UHGV virus genome: UHGV-0118819
DNA from: a virus
DNA: 42,305 nucleotides
Direction: 5' to 3' (one strand)
In this document: positions 9,675 to 19,718 of the stretch, piece by piece
Layout of the letters: every line of letters begins with the position of its first letter
How positions within the stretch are numbered: the stretch's first letter is position 1
Made by a program: the position numbers and the translations under genes
The notes under the pieces: model-generated
The model's input: the letters and a program-made list of their open reading frames with translations, nothing else
Database searches by the model: none
Told to the model about the DNA's origin: nothing

Positions 9675-10895
9675 ATGAAATATTTTTTCAATACCAGGCT
9701 GGGGGAAACCCGCTATCAGCTGGCTGACGGCTCGCTGCTGTGCAAAGACGTGCCGATAGGTCGAACGGGTAAGCAGCTCTACGGCTCTGCCGATCTGCCA
9801 AACCTCAAACCCGACAAGCTCGGTGAGATAGTCGTAACGCGTTCTCCTGAGCAGGTATTCCATCCGGCCACGCTCGCCTCATTCGAAGGGATGAGCATCA
9901 CGATCCTGCATCCTGAAGATGAAAACGGGAATGTGCGGCTGGTAAATCCCGAGAACTGGAAAGAGCTTGCTGTCGGGCACCTCCAGAATGTCCGGCGCGG
10001 GACGGGTGAGCAGTCTGATTTGATGCTGGCTGACCTTATCGTCAAAGACGAAAACGCCATTCAGCTTATCGAAGATGGCCTGCGTGAAGTGTCGTGCGGC
10101 TATGACGCGGAGTACGAGCAGACCGAGCCAGGTAAAGCCGAGCAGGTCGATATTACCGGAAACCATGTGGCTCTTGTCCCCAAAGGCAGAGCCGGAAATC
10201 GTTGTGCAATTGGAGACAGAGACACAATGGCAAATCAAAAGAAAAACTGGTGGAACCGCATGCGTGCAGCCATCAAGACAGGAGATGCCGACACCATGAA
10301 CGAACTGGTGGAGTCGGCTCCCGCATCGGTTACAGGAGATGAGGGGGATTTGCCGCAGGGCGTTAATCTCAACATCAACCTGTCCCCGCAGCAACCACTA
10401 CCGGACAAAGCACCAGAGATGGGTGGAGGTCCAACCGGCGACAGTGATGATGACCTCAAAACATTACTGAAAGCCCTGCTGGCTAAGCTGGAAGGAAATG
10501 CGACGGGCGATAACGACAATAAGCCTGACGATAATCCGACCGGTGACGGCGAGGACGATGAAGAGGAAACCACGATTACTGGTGACTCAGCCTGGCGTGC
10601 CGAAGTTATCGTTCCGGGTATCGATCTGAGCCGTAAGATGAAACCGACCGCGTTCAAACGCGAGGTTCTGGCTTCCGCAGATAAAACGCTGGTTCGCCAG
10701 ATAGTCGGTGATGCGGATATCCGCAAATTGCCGAAACAATCGGTCGACATGGCGTTTAATGCCGTGTCTGAGATTGCCAAAGGGCGAAACACCCGCGCCA
10801 CCACCGGCGATGCACAGCGCCCAAACATGGGCATGACCAGTATCGCTTCCCTGAACAAACAAAACGCTGAATTCTGGGCAAACCGTAAAGGGTAA
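9675..10895 (+). CDS. scaffold/prohead protease-like protein (DUF2213-like) with acidic low-complexity region
   Basis: 406-aa ORF between morphogenesis gene and capsid genes; D/E-rich repeats TGDSDDD...GDGEDDEEE. Confidence 0.6.
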   Translation: MKYFFNTRLGETRYQLADGSLLCKDVPIGRTGKQLYGSADLPNLKPDKLGEIVVTRSPEQVFHPATLASFEGMSITILHPEDENGNVRLVNPENWKELAVGHLQNVRRGTGEQSDLMLADLIVKDENAIQLIEDGLREVSCGYDAEYEQTEPGKAEQVDITGNHVALVPKGRAGNRCAIGDRDTMANQKKNWWNRMRAAIKTGDADTMNELVESAPASVTGDEGDLPQGVNLNINLSPQQPLPDKAPEMGGGPTGDSDDDLKTLLKALLAKLEGNATGDNDNKPDDNPTGDGEDDEEETTITGDSAWRAEVIVPGIDLSRKMKPTAFKREVLASADKTLVRQIVGDADIRKLPKQSVDMAFNAVSEIAKGRNTRATTGDAQRPNMGMTSIASLNKQNAEFWANRKG

Positions 10896-10898
10896 AAA

Positions 10899-11405
10899 AT
10901 GAATAATGTATTTCTGTACCGGATGCCTGTTGGCATTGCCGGGGCTGTCTCTCGCCCGCAGGACTTAACCGTCGAACCGGTGGTCCTTAAATCCGATAAC
11001 GCCTTCGCTGCCTATGGGCTGGCTGGTAAATACGATGATGACGGTTTTTTCGTGCCGCTGGCAGATGGTGATACCGCAGACAAGGTGAAGGGGATCTATG
11101 TGCGCCCTTATCCGACCACTTCGCAGCCGGACATGGTTCGCCAGGTGGGGAGTGGCAAGAACTTCCCGGGCGACGCAATGAAGCGTGGCTACGTGACCGT
11201 TAATCTCGGTTCTGATTTTGATGCCAGCACCATCAAAAAAGGCGACCCGGTATACGTTGTCGTCTCCACTGATGAATCCATCAAAGTGCCGCTGGGTGGA
11301 TTCATGGCCACGTCAGTCAGTGGCAAAAACGTGGTGCTGACCAACGCTGAATTCACAGGTGCCGGTGATGCTAACGGCAATGCAGAAATTTCCTGGAAGA
11401 TTTAA
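10899..11405 (+). CDS. head structural protein (decoration/cement-like), hypothetical
   Basis: 168-aa ORF immediately upstream of major capsid gene. Confidence 0.5.
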   Translation: MNNVFLYRMPVGIAGAVSRPQDLTVEPVVLKSDNAFAAYGLAGKYDDDGFFVPLADGDTADKVKGIYVRPYPTTSQPDMVRQVGSGKNFPGDAMKRGYVTVNLGSDFDASTIKKGDPVYVVVSTDESIKVPLGGFMATSVSGKNVVLTNAEFTGAGDANGNAEISWKI

Positions 11406-11416
11406 GGAACAGACGA

Positions 11417-12358
11417 ATGATTACTTTTGATCAGGCAACCGTTGACAGCTCTGGTGCCTTTCTCATCGGGGAGCTGGAACGACTCGACCAGACGCTGAAC
11501 CTGCCACTGGTGGGGTACACCTGGACCCGCGATATCCAACTGCGTGAAGATGTCTCCATCGCAGATGACATTTCCAGCTGGACGAATACCAGCTTCGCCG
11601 CTGCGGGTACTGGCGCAAATCCGAATGGCAAAAACTGGGTAGGCAAAGACTCAACCGCTATTGCTGGCGTGAACGTGGATATCGGCAAATCCGGTAACCC
11701 GCTGAACCTGTGGGGGATGGAACTTGGCTGGACGGTCATAGAATTGCAGGCTGCTCAGCAGGTCGGACGCCCGATTGATACGCAGAAGTATGACGGGATG
11801 CAACTGAAATGGCAGATGGATAACGATGAACAGGTGTATGTTGGCGATTCCGCATTAAACCTGAAAGGCCTTGTTACCCTGGACGGCGTGCCTGTCAACA
11901 ACGCTGCCAAAACGTGGGCAACCTCAACACCGGACGAAATCCGCGCAAGCATTAACCAGGTGCTGTCTGATGCGTGGGCCGCTTCCGGTTACTCTGTGGT
12001 TCCGCGTGATTTGCTGATCCCGCCTGAGCAGTTTGCTCTGTTGTCCAGCATCATCGTTTCATCTGCGGGTAACCAGTCCCTGTTGACGTACCTTCAGACC
12101 AACACCATCAGCTATCACCAGAACGGTGTTCCGCTGAATATCCGCGCGGTTAAATGGCTGAAAGGCCGTGGTGTGGGGAATAAGGATCGCATGGTTGCGT
12201 ACACCAACGATAAAAAATACGTCCGCTACCCGCTGGTTCCGCTTCAGAGCGTGCCAGTGCAGTATCGCGGTCTGTATCAGATCGTCACTTACTACGGCAA
12301 GCTGGGTGCAGTCGAGCCAGTGTATAAAGAAACTCTGTCCTATGTGGACGGTATCTGA
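11417..12358 (+). CDS. major capsid protein
   Basis: 313-aa ORF in capsid position, followed by a GC hairpin. Confidence 0.8.
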   Translation: MITFDQATVDSSGAFLIGELERLDQTLNLPLVGYTWTRDIQLREDVSIADDISSWTNTSFAAAGTGANPNGKNWVGKDSTAIAGVNVDIGKSGNPLNLWGMELGWTVIELQAAQQVGRPIDTQKYDGMQLKWQMDNDEQVYVGDSALNLKGLVTLDGVPVNNAAKTWATSTPDEIRASINQVLSDAWAASGYSVVPRDLLIPPEQFALLSSIIVSSAGNQSLLTYLQTNTISYHQNGVPLNIRAVKWLKGRGVGNKDRMVAYTNDKKYVRYPLVPLQSVPVQYRGLYQIVTYYGKLGAVEPVYKETLSYVDGI

Positions 12359-12368
12359 TAACCAGAAT

Positions 12369-12384
12369 GGCCCCGAAAGGGGCC
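12369..12384 (+). promoter_or_regulatory. GC hairpin downstream of major capsid gene
   Basis: GGCCCC-GAAA-GGGGCC stem-loop with GNRA-type loop right after the capsid stop. Confidence 0.5.
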
Positions 12385-12398
12385 TGAAGGAAACTGAA

Positions 12399-12767
12399 AT
12401 GGCGAAAGAAAAGCTGGTTACCATCCATGTTCACACCCCGTTTACGCTGACGCTCGGCGATCAGTCAAAACAGGAGTTTGGCCGGGGACGGCATAACGTA
12501 CCGGAAGAGGTCGCGTCGCACTGGTTCACCCAGGCGCACTCTGAGCTTTCCGAAAGCGTGATTAGCGACACCGATGATCTGCAACCCATTATCGACGGCC
12601 TGCAAGCGCAGATTGCCGACAAAGATAAGCTGATTGCCGATCTGAAAGATGCATTGCTCAAACTGCAGGAGCAGAACGACAGCCTGCAGGCGCAGATTAC
12701 TGCCGCCCGGACTGGCGGTAATGGGGCTAAAGATGCCAAAGAATCAAAGTCTGCCAGCGGTAAGTGA
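12399..12767 (+). CDS. hypothetical coiled-coil protein (122 aa)
   Basis: ATG at 12399 with AGGAA RBS; upstream part of ORF 12168-12767 rejected because it overlaps the capsid gene. Confidence 0.55.
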   Translation: MAKEKLVTIHVHTPFTLTLGDQSKQEFGRGRHNVPEEVASHWFTQAHSELSESVISDTDDLQPIIDGLQAQIADKDKLIADLKDALLKLQEQNDSLQAQITAARTGGNGAKDAKESKSASGK

Positions 12768-13140
12768 TTTTCGCCGCGACTTCCCGCAGTTTGCTGACCC
12801 GGCAAAATATCCCGACGCCCAAATCGGGTTCCGTCTGAATCTGGCCGATGAACTGCTGAGTGAAAACGTCACCGGCAAAAAGTTGTTTCCGTACTTTGCC
12901 GGATTGTTCGTTGCGCACTACATGACGCTCTGGGCGGCAGACAGCAGAGCGATGCTGGCTGGTGGTCCGGGCGGTTCAACCAATGGTGTTCAGTCCTCAA
13001 AGTCCGTGGATAAGGTAAGCGTCAGCTATGACACCAGCGCGACGCTGAATCCTGATGCAGGTTTCTGGAATAACACCCGATATGGCGCTGAATTTTATCA
13101 GTTGATCACGATGTTCGGTGCAGGCGGTCGCCAGCTATGA
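12733..13140 (+). CDS. head-tail connector-like protein (DUF4054-like), start uncertain
   Basis: ORF 12649-13140; internal ATGs at 12721 and 12733. Confidence 0.5.
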   Translation: MPKNQSLPAVSDFRRDFPQFADPAKYPDAQIGFRLNLADELLSENVTGKKLFPYFAGLFVAHYMTLWAADSRAMLAGGPGGSTNGVQSSKSVDKVSVSYDTSATLNPDAGFWNNTRYGAEFYQLITMFGAGGRQL

Positions 13141-13691
13141 GTTTCAAAAGCGGTGTAACAACGAGGGTGGATAACGCTAAGGCCATTCTGGATGCGCTCA
13201 GGTCGTTAACCAAAAAAGATGTGCTGGTCGGCATCCCTTCGGAAGACAGCGGGCGGGATGATGTTCCGTTTGGTAATGCGGGCATCGGTTACCTCAACGA
13301 ATACGGCTCACCAGAGCAGAACATCCCGCCACGACCTCACCTGGTCCCCGGCGTTAAATCGGTAGAAGAACAGACGTTGCCGCAGCTCAAAACAGCGGCG
13401 CAGGCTGCGCTTGATGGAAATGCGGCGGGGGCGGAAAGAGCACTCAACCGCGCCGGAACGCTGGCCGCTAATGGCGTCAGGCGTTACATGACTATTACCG
13501 GCTTTACGCCGCTTGCTGACAGCACTGTTGAAGCCCGCGCACGTCGAGGGCGCAAAGGGGCGAAAGCTGAGCTTGCCCGACGCGCTGCTGGCGAGTCACC
13601 CGGAACCGATCTGGTGAAACCGCTAATTGACACCGGACAGTACCGCAGAGCTATTACCCATGTAGTGAGGGATAAAGATGCCGACTCTTGA
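13137..13691 (+). CDS. hypothetical virion protein
   Basis: ORF in head-tail joining region, ATGA overlap with upstream gene. Confidence 0.55.
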   Translation: MSFKSGVTTRVDNAKAILDALRSLTKKDVLVGIPSEDSGRDDVPFGNAGIGYLNEYGSPEQNIPPRPHLVPGVKSVEEQTLPQLKTAAQAALDGNAAGAERALNRAGTLAANGVRRYMTITGFTPLADSTVEARARRGRKGAKAELARRAAGESPGTDLVKPLIDTGQYRRAITHVVRDKDADS

Positions 13692-14067
13692 TGTAACAGA
13701 CGTGCTTTTTGACCCCGATTTTTGCGACTTCAACCTGTGGGTAACGCGTCGCGTGCAAACGGTGGACGATGACGGGATCGGCAGTGACAGCGAAGTTAAA
13801 ACGCAGTTTGCCGGAGTTGTTACCGTTGACCGCTCCCTGGAGAACCGCCGTATGCAGTCCGGGCAAGTTATCAGTGGCGCGATTCTTATCGTGACAACTG
13901 AGCGGCTGACACAGGGGCAGACTGGCCGTGATGCAGATATCGTGACGTATCAGGGCCGTGATTATCGTGTGACTTTCGTCGACCCGTATACAGCGTATGG
14001 TGCCGGATTCGTTCAGGCGCATTGTGAGTTGATGCCGTTTGATGGGGGAATTCCGGTTGAGCAATAA
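13678..14067 (+). CDS. hypothetical virion protein
   Basis: ORF in head-tail joining region. Confidence 0.55.
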   Translation: MPTLDVTDVLFDPDFCDFNLWVTRRVQTVDDDGIGSDSEVKTQFAGVVTVDRSLENRRMQSGQVISGAILIVTTERLTQGQTGRDADIVTYQGRDYRVTFVDPYTAYGAGFVQAHCELMPFDGGIPVEQ

Positions 14068-14605
14068 CACCAGCACAGAGCGCGGATGGTTAATACCAAC
14101 CAGTGGCGATCCGGATTATGACGAAGCGCTCGACAGGCTGTTAAGCCAGTGGATGCGTAACGTTTCCGGTCTGTCTGCCGGGGTGGTTCGTCCGCGCTGG
14201 CAGAAAGAGCAGCCGCCACTGCTACCGGTTGAAACGAACTGGTGTGCGTTTGGGGTTATCGGATGGTCAGGTGATGACAGTCCGGCATTCACCAGACAGA
14301 CCGATGATGGCTCTCAGCTCTGGCGGCATGAAACGATTGAGTGTATGGCTTCGTTTTATGGTCCGGCGGGGATGGTGTATGCGTCCCGGTTTCGTGACGG
14401 TATATCTGTACCGCAGAACAATGCAGCACTGAATGCGCTGGGGCTGTCTCTTGGCGATTACACAGGTCTGACTCCCTTCCCTGAACTTATTAATCAGCAA
14501 TGGGTCCGCCGCTACGATATGACGGTGCGTCTGCGCCGGAAGGTTGTGCGCGAGTACGGTATTAAATCGCTGGTGGAAGCACCAGTCATCTTTTTCGGAG
14601 ATTAA
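14039..14605 (+). CDS. hypothetical virion protein (start uncertain)
   Basis: ORF preceding sheath gene; overlaps upstream ORF by about 29 bp. Confidence 0.5.
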   Translation: MMGEFRLSNNTSTERGWLIPTSGDPDYDEALDRLLSQWMRNVSGLSAGVVRPRWQKEQPPLLPVETNWCAFGVIGWSGDDSPAFTRQTDDGSQLWRHETIECMASFYGPAGMVYASRFRDGISVPQNNAALNALGLSLGDYTGLTPFPELINQQWVRRYDMTVRLRRKVVREYGIKSLVEAPVIFFGD

Positions 14606-14608
14606 GCT

Positions 14609-15754
14609 ATGGCACAGGGCTTGCCTGTATCAAACGTTGTTAATGTTGATGTGATCATGTCGCCGCGTGCAGCATCAGGGCGAAATTTTGGTGCATTACT
14701 CATTCTCGGCCCGTCCACAATCATTCCGGTAAGTGAGCGCATTCGCCGTTATTCTGCCGCGGAAGATATTGGAAAAGATTTTGGCGTGGAATCACCAGAA
14801 TATAAAGCTGCGCAGGTGTTTTTCTCACAATCACCGAAACCTCAGGAGGTTTTTGTTGGTCGTTGGGTGAAAACGAAGGGAGACAGCGAACAGGCCACGC
14901 CTGAGACGCTGGAGCAGGCTGTGAATGCCATGCTTGATTATACTTCATGGTATGGGCTGGGGATTGCAGACGATGCAGATATTCCGGATGCAGACTGGCT
15001 GAAAGTGGCTGCGGCGATCGAATCCTCTTCTGTAAGCCGTATTCTGGCGATTACGACAAGCGATGAGAAATGCCTGCAGACTGCATCCAGCGATGATTTG
15101 GCATCAAAACTGAAAACCGCCGGATATTCACGCAGTTTTATTCAATATTCATCGGGTAATAAATACGCTGCGTTATCTGCATTTGGCCGGGCATTCACGG
15201 TTAATTTCAATGGCAGTAATACCGCGATTACGCTCAAGTTTAAGCAGGAGCCGGGTGTCGGGTATGAAACACTGACAGTCAGCCAGGCATCGGCACTTGA
15301 TGCAAAAAACTGCAATGTGTTCGTGTACTACCAGAATGATACAGCTATCCTCCAGCAGGGAGTGATGGCTAACGGCGATTTCTTTGATGAACGCCACGGC
15401 CTGGACTGGTTACAGAATTATGTGCAGACCAACCTCTATAACCTGCTTTATACCAGCACCACGAAAGTTCCCCAGACTGAAGCCGGTATTACCCGACTGT
15501 TATCAAATGTTGAAAAATCACTGGATCAGGCCGTTCAGAATGGACTGATTGCTCCGGGCGTATGGAACGGGGGCGACCTTGGCCAGTTGTCATCAGGTGA
15601 CACGCTGCCCAAAGGTTATTACGTATACGCCCAGCCGCTGGATGAACAGGCACAATCAGAACGTGAAGCCCGTAAGGCTCCGGTGATTCAGGCTGCAATA
15701 AAACTTGCAGGCGCGGTTCATTACGCTGACGTACAGATTAACGTTGTTCGCTAA
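14609..15754 (+). CDS. tail sheath protein (DUF3383-like)
   Basis: 381-aa ORF followed by tube, chaperone and tape measure genes (contractile-tail gene order). Confidence 0.7.
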   Translation: MAQGLPVSNVVNVDVIMSPRAASGRNFGALLILGPSTIIPVSERIRRYSAAEDIGKDFGVESPEYKAAQVFFSQSPKPQEVFVGRWVKTKGDSEQATPETLEQAVNAMLDYTSWYGLGIADDADIPDADWLKVAAAIESSSVSRILAITTSDEKCLQTASSDDLASKLKTAGYSRSFIQYSSGNKYAALSAFGRAFTVNFNGSNTAITLKFKQEPGVGYETLTVSQASALDAKNCNVFVYYQNDTAILQQGVMANGDFFDERHGLDWLQNYVQTNLYNLLYTSTTKVPQTEAGITRLLSNVEKSLDQAVQNGLIAPGVWNGGDLGQLSSGDTLPKGYYVYAQPLDEQAQSEREARKAPVIQAAIKLAGAVHYADVQINVVR

Positions 15755-15764
15755 GGGGAAGTGA

Positions 15765-16205
15765 ATGTCTACCTATTCTTTTATGGATGTCACTGCGACG
15801 CTGACCGGGCCGACCGGTTCGATTGACCTCGGGTACGGTTCTGCAAGTTCTGAAGAGGGGATTGTGGTTGCGATGGGCGGCCCTAAAAACACCATGACCA
15901 TCGGTTCTGATGGCGAAGTGATGCACAGTCTCCATGCAGATAAAAGCGGGACGATTACCGTTAACCTTCTGAAGACATCACCGACAAATAAAAAATTGTC
16001 GCTGGCGTATAACGCACAGAGCCAGTCTTCTGCCACATGGGGGAATAACGTTATTGTGATCCGAAACAAGGTCAGCGGCGACATCATCACGGCACGCAGT
16101 GTTGCGTTCCAGAAACAACCGGATAATGCCAACGCTAAAACCGGTAATACGATGCCGTGGGTGTTTGACTGCGGCAAGATTGACCAGGTTCTCGGGGAGT
16201 TTTAA
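15765..16205 (+). CDS. tail tube protein
   Basis: 146-aa ORF between sheath and chaperone. Confidence 0.7.
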   Translation: MSTYSFMDVTATLTGPTGSIDLGYGSASSEEGIVVAMGGPKNTMTIGSDGEVMHSLHADKSGTITVNLLKTSPTNKKLSLAYNAQSQSSATWGNNVIVIRNKVSGDIITARSVAFQKQPDNANAKTGNTMPWVFDCGKIDQVLGEF

Positions 16206-16208
16206 TAC

Positions 16209-16661
16209 ATGGAATTCGAAATCAAAGGCGTGAAATATCGCGCGGCAAAACTCAGCGTTTTTGATCAGCTGAAAGTGACCCGCAAACTTCTACCGGTGCT
16301 GGCAGGAATGATGTCAGATTTCGGGAGCATTCGCTCCCGTTTGCCTGCTGATGGCAAAATCGACACCGTGAAATTCGAGCAGTTAAAACCGGTGTTTGAA
16401 ACCATGCTCCCGCGTATCGCTGAGGAACTGTCTTCCCTGACCGAAGATGACACCAGTGCGATTATTCATCCCTGTCTTGCGGTGGTATCGCGGCGTCATA
16501 TGGACGGATGGGTTCCGGTATTTACCCAGGGCGAACTGATGTTTGATGATATTGACTTGCTGGTCATGCTGCATCTGGTGGCGCGGGTGGTCGCCGATTC
16601 GCTGGGAAATTTTTTGCCTACACCCCTTACCAGCACGACGCAGAGCCTGCAACAGGGCTGA
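16209..16661 (+). CDS. tail assembly chaperone (short form)
   Basis: 150-aa ORF immediately upstream of tape measure gene with slippery site near its 3' end. Confidence 0.7.
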   Translation: MEFEIKGVKYRAAKLSVFDQLKVTRKLLPVLAGMMSDFGSIRSRLPADGKIDTVKFEQLKPVFETMLPRIAEELSSLTEDDTSAIIHPCLAVVSRRHMDGWVPVFTQGELMFDDIDLLVMLHLVARVVADSLGNFLPTPLTSTTQSLQQG

Positions 16662-16849
16662 CGTTTAACAGCCTGCCGGACGGGCTGTCTTACCTTCTCA
16701 ATCCGGTTGACGCCGGGTTAATTCCTTATACAGCACTTAAAGATGGCTCTGTCGATTTGTACGACATTGCTCTCTTGAATGACCATCTGGCGGTAAAAGC
16801 GGATAACCAGCGGCGCATTGAGAAATGGAGAGAGGATAATGAACGCTGA
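16209..16849 (+). CDS. tail assembly chaperone, frameshift-extended fusion form (G/GT-like)
   Basis: 0-frame 16209 to slippery site joined to -1 frame ...KFFAYTPYQHDAEPATGLTFNSLPDGLSYLLNPVDAGLIPYTALKDGSVDLYDIALLNDHLAVKADNQRRIEKWREDNER*. Confidence 0.5.
16604..16613 (+). promoter_or_regulatory. programmed -1 ribosomal frameshift slippery site
   Basis: CTG GGA AAT TTT TTG: overlapping heptamers G GGA AAT and A AAT TTT; -1 frame stays open for about 80 codons to a TGA at 16847-16849. Confidence 0.55.
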
Positions 16850-18827
16850 AACTATTAAAGATTTCCTCGTCTCGCTTGGCTTCAGTGTGGATGATGCAGG
16901 AGCGAAAAAGTTCGGTTCTGTCCTCGCCGGTACAACTGCAAATGTCATCAAAATGGGGCTGGCTGTTGAAGGATCTGCGCTGTCCGTGGTGGCCTTCACG
17001 GCTAAGATCGCCTCCGGCCTGGATAATCTTTACTGGGCGTCACAGCGCACCGGCGCGACAGTCCAGGGAATTCAGTCTATTGGCTATGCGGTTTCGCAGG
17101 TTGGCGGCAGCGTGGACGCGGCGCGAACCTCTCTGGAAAGCCTCTCCCGGTTTGTTCGTAACAATCCCGGCGCGGAAGGCTTCCTGAATCGCCTGGGCGT
17201 ACAGACCCGTGATGCCAGCGGCAACATGCGCGACATGGCCGCTATCTTTACGGGTGTCGGACAGAAGCTCAGCAGCATGCCGTATTACCGGGCTAACCAG
17301 TATGCGCAGATGCTTGGCATTGACGAAAATACCCTCATGGCGATGCGCCGGGGTGTGGGTGATTTCTCCGGGCAGTACAGCGCAATGGCGAAAGCTATCG
17401 GCTTCAATGCTGACGAGGCGGCCAGAAGCTCCAACAAATTTATGACCTCCCTGCGTGAGTTTGGCGCGATGGCAGGCATGGCCCGTGACAAAATCGGCTC
17501 TAATCTTGCGGGTGGGCTTGCGGGTTCGCTGGACACTCTGCGCCGCCATATCCTGGACAACTTCCCGCGCATCGAGCAGACCCTGACGAAAGCCATAAAA
17601 GGCATTCTGGCGCTCGGGGATATTATCGGGCGGCTGTTCTTCAGACTGATTGAAGGAACATCAGGCCTCATCACCTGGTGGCAATCGCTGGATAAGCAAA
17701 CGCGGGAGCTCATCTCGCTGTTTGGCGCGCTGACGATTGCGCTGCGCATTCTGAACAGTACGTTCTGGATGTCGCCGATTGGCCTCATTACCGCGCTGGC
17801 GGCGGGGATTGCCCTTCTGTGGGAGGACTATCAGACCTGGAAGGAAGGCGGCGACAGCCTGATTGACTGGGGCAAGTGGAAGCCGGAGGTCGATGCCGCG
17901 CTGAAGATGGTTCGTGACCTGAAAGGGTCTGTTAATGAACTGGCGAAAGCGCTGGCGAAACTGCTCAATATTGACCCCAAATCATGGTCCCTGAAGTGGG
18001 ATTTCAGCAACTTCATCGACCAGATGGGCGAATTCAGCAAAATGCTGAACATGATCGCCGACCTGCTCAACGCTATCAAAGATGGCCGCTGGGCTGATGC
18101 CGTCAGCATCGGCAAACAGATACTTAATCAGGGCAGCGAAAATCCGTCAGCGATGCCGATGGTTACAGACAGCGCTAACAGTACTGCCGACTGGATTAAA
18201 GAGCACTGGGGATTCGATCCCCGCAGTGTGGGCCGGACGGTACGCGGCTGGTTTGGTGATGATGAGCCGGAACAATATGCACAGGCTACGAAACGAGGAG
18301 AACGGAATAACAATCCGGGAAACCTTAATTTTGCTGGTCAGGCAGGGGCTTCTCTTGAACGCCCGGGCGGGCGATTTGCCAGATTTGAAACTGCTTTTGA
18401 TGGATTACGGGCTCTTGCTCGTCAGTTAATGCTGTACGCCGGACGGGGAATAAACAGTGTGGAGAAAATTATCTCTACCTGGGCACCTGCGTCTGATAAT
18501 AACAACACAACTGCGTATATCAGGGCTGTATCGCAACGACTGGGAGTGGATCCCCGGGCTGCCCTGAATATGAGCGATCCGCAAACCATGTCAGCATTGA
18601 TGAGCAGCATTATCCAGCATGAAAATGGAAGAAATATCTATTCTCGAGAGCTGATTAATAAGGCTGCCGTGGCGGGAATTAGTGGCAAAATGACAGAGGT
18701 TAACCAGCAAAATACTTACCACATTTACGGTGGCGGAGATCCGCACGCTGTCGGTAATGAGGTTGCACGTCGGCAACAGTCTGCAAATGCTCAGGTCATG
18801 CGGAGTAATCAGGTGAGGGTGGGTTAG
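16839..18827 (+). CDS. tail tape measure protein
   Basis: About 660-aa helical protein after the chaperone; ATG at 16839 preferred over 16818. Confidence 0.85.
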   Translation: MNAETIKDFLVSLGFSVDDAGAKKFGSVLAGTTANVIKMGLAVEGSALSVVAFTAKIASGLDNLYWASQRTGATVQGIQSIGYAVSQVGGSVDAARTSLESLSRFVRNNPGAEGFLNRLGVQTRDASGNMRDMAAIFTGVGQKLSSMPYYRANQYAQMLGIDENTLMAMRRGVGDFSGQYSAMAKAIGFNADEAARSSNKFMTSLREFGAMAGMARDKIGSNLAGGLAGSLDTLRRHILDNFPRIEQTLTKAIKGILALGDIIGRLFFRLIEGTSGLITWWQSLDKQTRELISLFGALTIALRILNSTFWMSPIGLITALAAGIALLWEDYQTWKEGGDSLIDWGKWKPEVDAALKMVRDLKGSVNELAKALAKLLNIDPKSWSLKWDFSNFIDQMGEFSKMLNMIADLLNAIKDGRWADAVSIGKQILNQGSENPSAMPMVTDSANSTADWIKEHWGFDPRSVGRTVRGWFGDDEPEQYAQATKRGERNNNPGNLNFAGQAGASLERPGGRFARFETAFDGLRALARQLMLYAGRGINSVEKIISTWAPASDNNNTTAYIRAVSQRLGVDPRAALNMSDPQTMSALMSSIIQHENGRNIYSRELINKAAVAGISGKMTEVNQQNTYHIYGGGDPHAVGNEVARRQQSANAQVMRSNQVRVG

Positions 18828-19414
18828 TGGATATTCTCTCTACACTTTTTCATCAGCAGAGCAGAAAAATAGGAATGATTGTTCCCAGTGTTGTTATTTC
18901 AGAGAAGCATACAGATATGCTTGAAATAACAGAGCATCCGGTAGAGGTTGGGGCCGCTGTCGCTGATCATGCCTATAAAAAACCGTCAGAAGTGGTGATG
19001 GAGGTTGGTTTCGCCGGTGGCGGCGCATTGCTGGATTTTGCCAGTAATCTGACGGCTACCAGCCTGCTCGGCCTGAGTCCTCAGCAGACGTATCAGGAGC
19101 TACTGGATCTGCAGGAAAGCCGTATCCCCTTCGATGTGGTAACCGGTAAACGACTGTACAGCAACATGTTGATCCGGGCGCTGGAAGTGACGACGGACAA
19201 GACAACCGAAAACGTCCTGTCCGCCGTCCTCACCCTGAGGGAGGTCCTTATCTCCCGGACACAGCAGATTACCGTCGCGGATAAAACCAACATGAAGGAA
19301 GGGGCCAGCACGTCGGCGGTACAGAATAGCGGCAACAAAACCACAAAGCCTCCAGATACTTCACTGCTGAAAAGCATCACGGGTAACGTGGCGTCATTAC
19401 TGGGAGGCGGCTAA
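18827..19414 (+). CDS. tail/baseplate protein, hypothetical
   Basis: ORF between tape measure and baseplate genes. Confidence 0.55.
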   Translation: MDILSTLFHQQSRKIGMIVPSVVISEKHTDMLEITEHPVEVGAAVADHAYKKPSEVVMEVGFAGGGALLDFASNLTATSLLGLSPQQTYQELLDLQESRIPFDVVTGKRLYSNMLIRALEVTTDKTTENVLSAVLTLREVLISRTQQITVADKTNMKEGASTSAVQNSGNKTTKPPDTSLLKSITGNVASLLGGG

Positions 19415-19716
19415 TGATAATTCAGGAAATTCCGCTGACAGCGGACAACCAGCAGTTCAGCATCGTCCTGGGTGGTGTCACTTGGCAGATTAGCATCATA
19501 TGGCGCGATCTTTACTGGATTATGGACCTGCAGAACGACAGAGGGGAGCCGGTAATCTCCGGTATTCCTCTCGTCACTGGCGCTGATCTGCTGGCGCAGT
19601 ACGCCTGTATGGGGCTTGGTTTTAAGCTGGTGGTGGTCTGCGATGACAACACACAGGATTATCCCTCGAAAACTGATCTGGGTGGCCGCAGTCATTTACT
19701 GGTATCAACGGAGTAA
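19414..19716 (+). CDS. tail/baseplate protein, hypothetical
   Basis: 100-aa ORF, ATGA-coupled. Confidence 0.55.
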   Translation: MIIQEIPLTADNQQFSIVLGGVTWQISIIWRDLYWIMDLQNDRGEPVISGIPLVTGADLLAQYACMGLGFKLVVVCDDNTQDYPSKTDLGGRSHLLVSTE

Positions 19717-19718
19717 GC

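Noticed and set aside
10235-10936. 233-aa minus-strand ORF
   Set aside because: Antisense to the scaffold/protease-like gene; low-complexity Ser/Pro-rich translation mirrors the acidic repeat region
12168-12398. N-terminal extension of ORF 12168-12767
   Set aside because: Overlaps the major capsid gene; ATG at 12399 has an RBS and follows the capsid hairpin
17040-17788. Two minus-strand ORFs of about 168 aa
   Set aside because: Antisense within the tape measure gene
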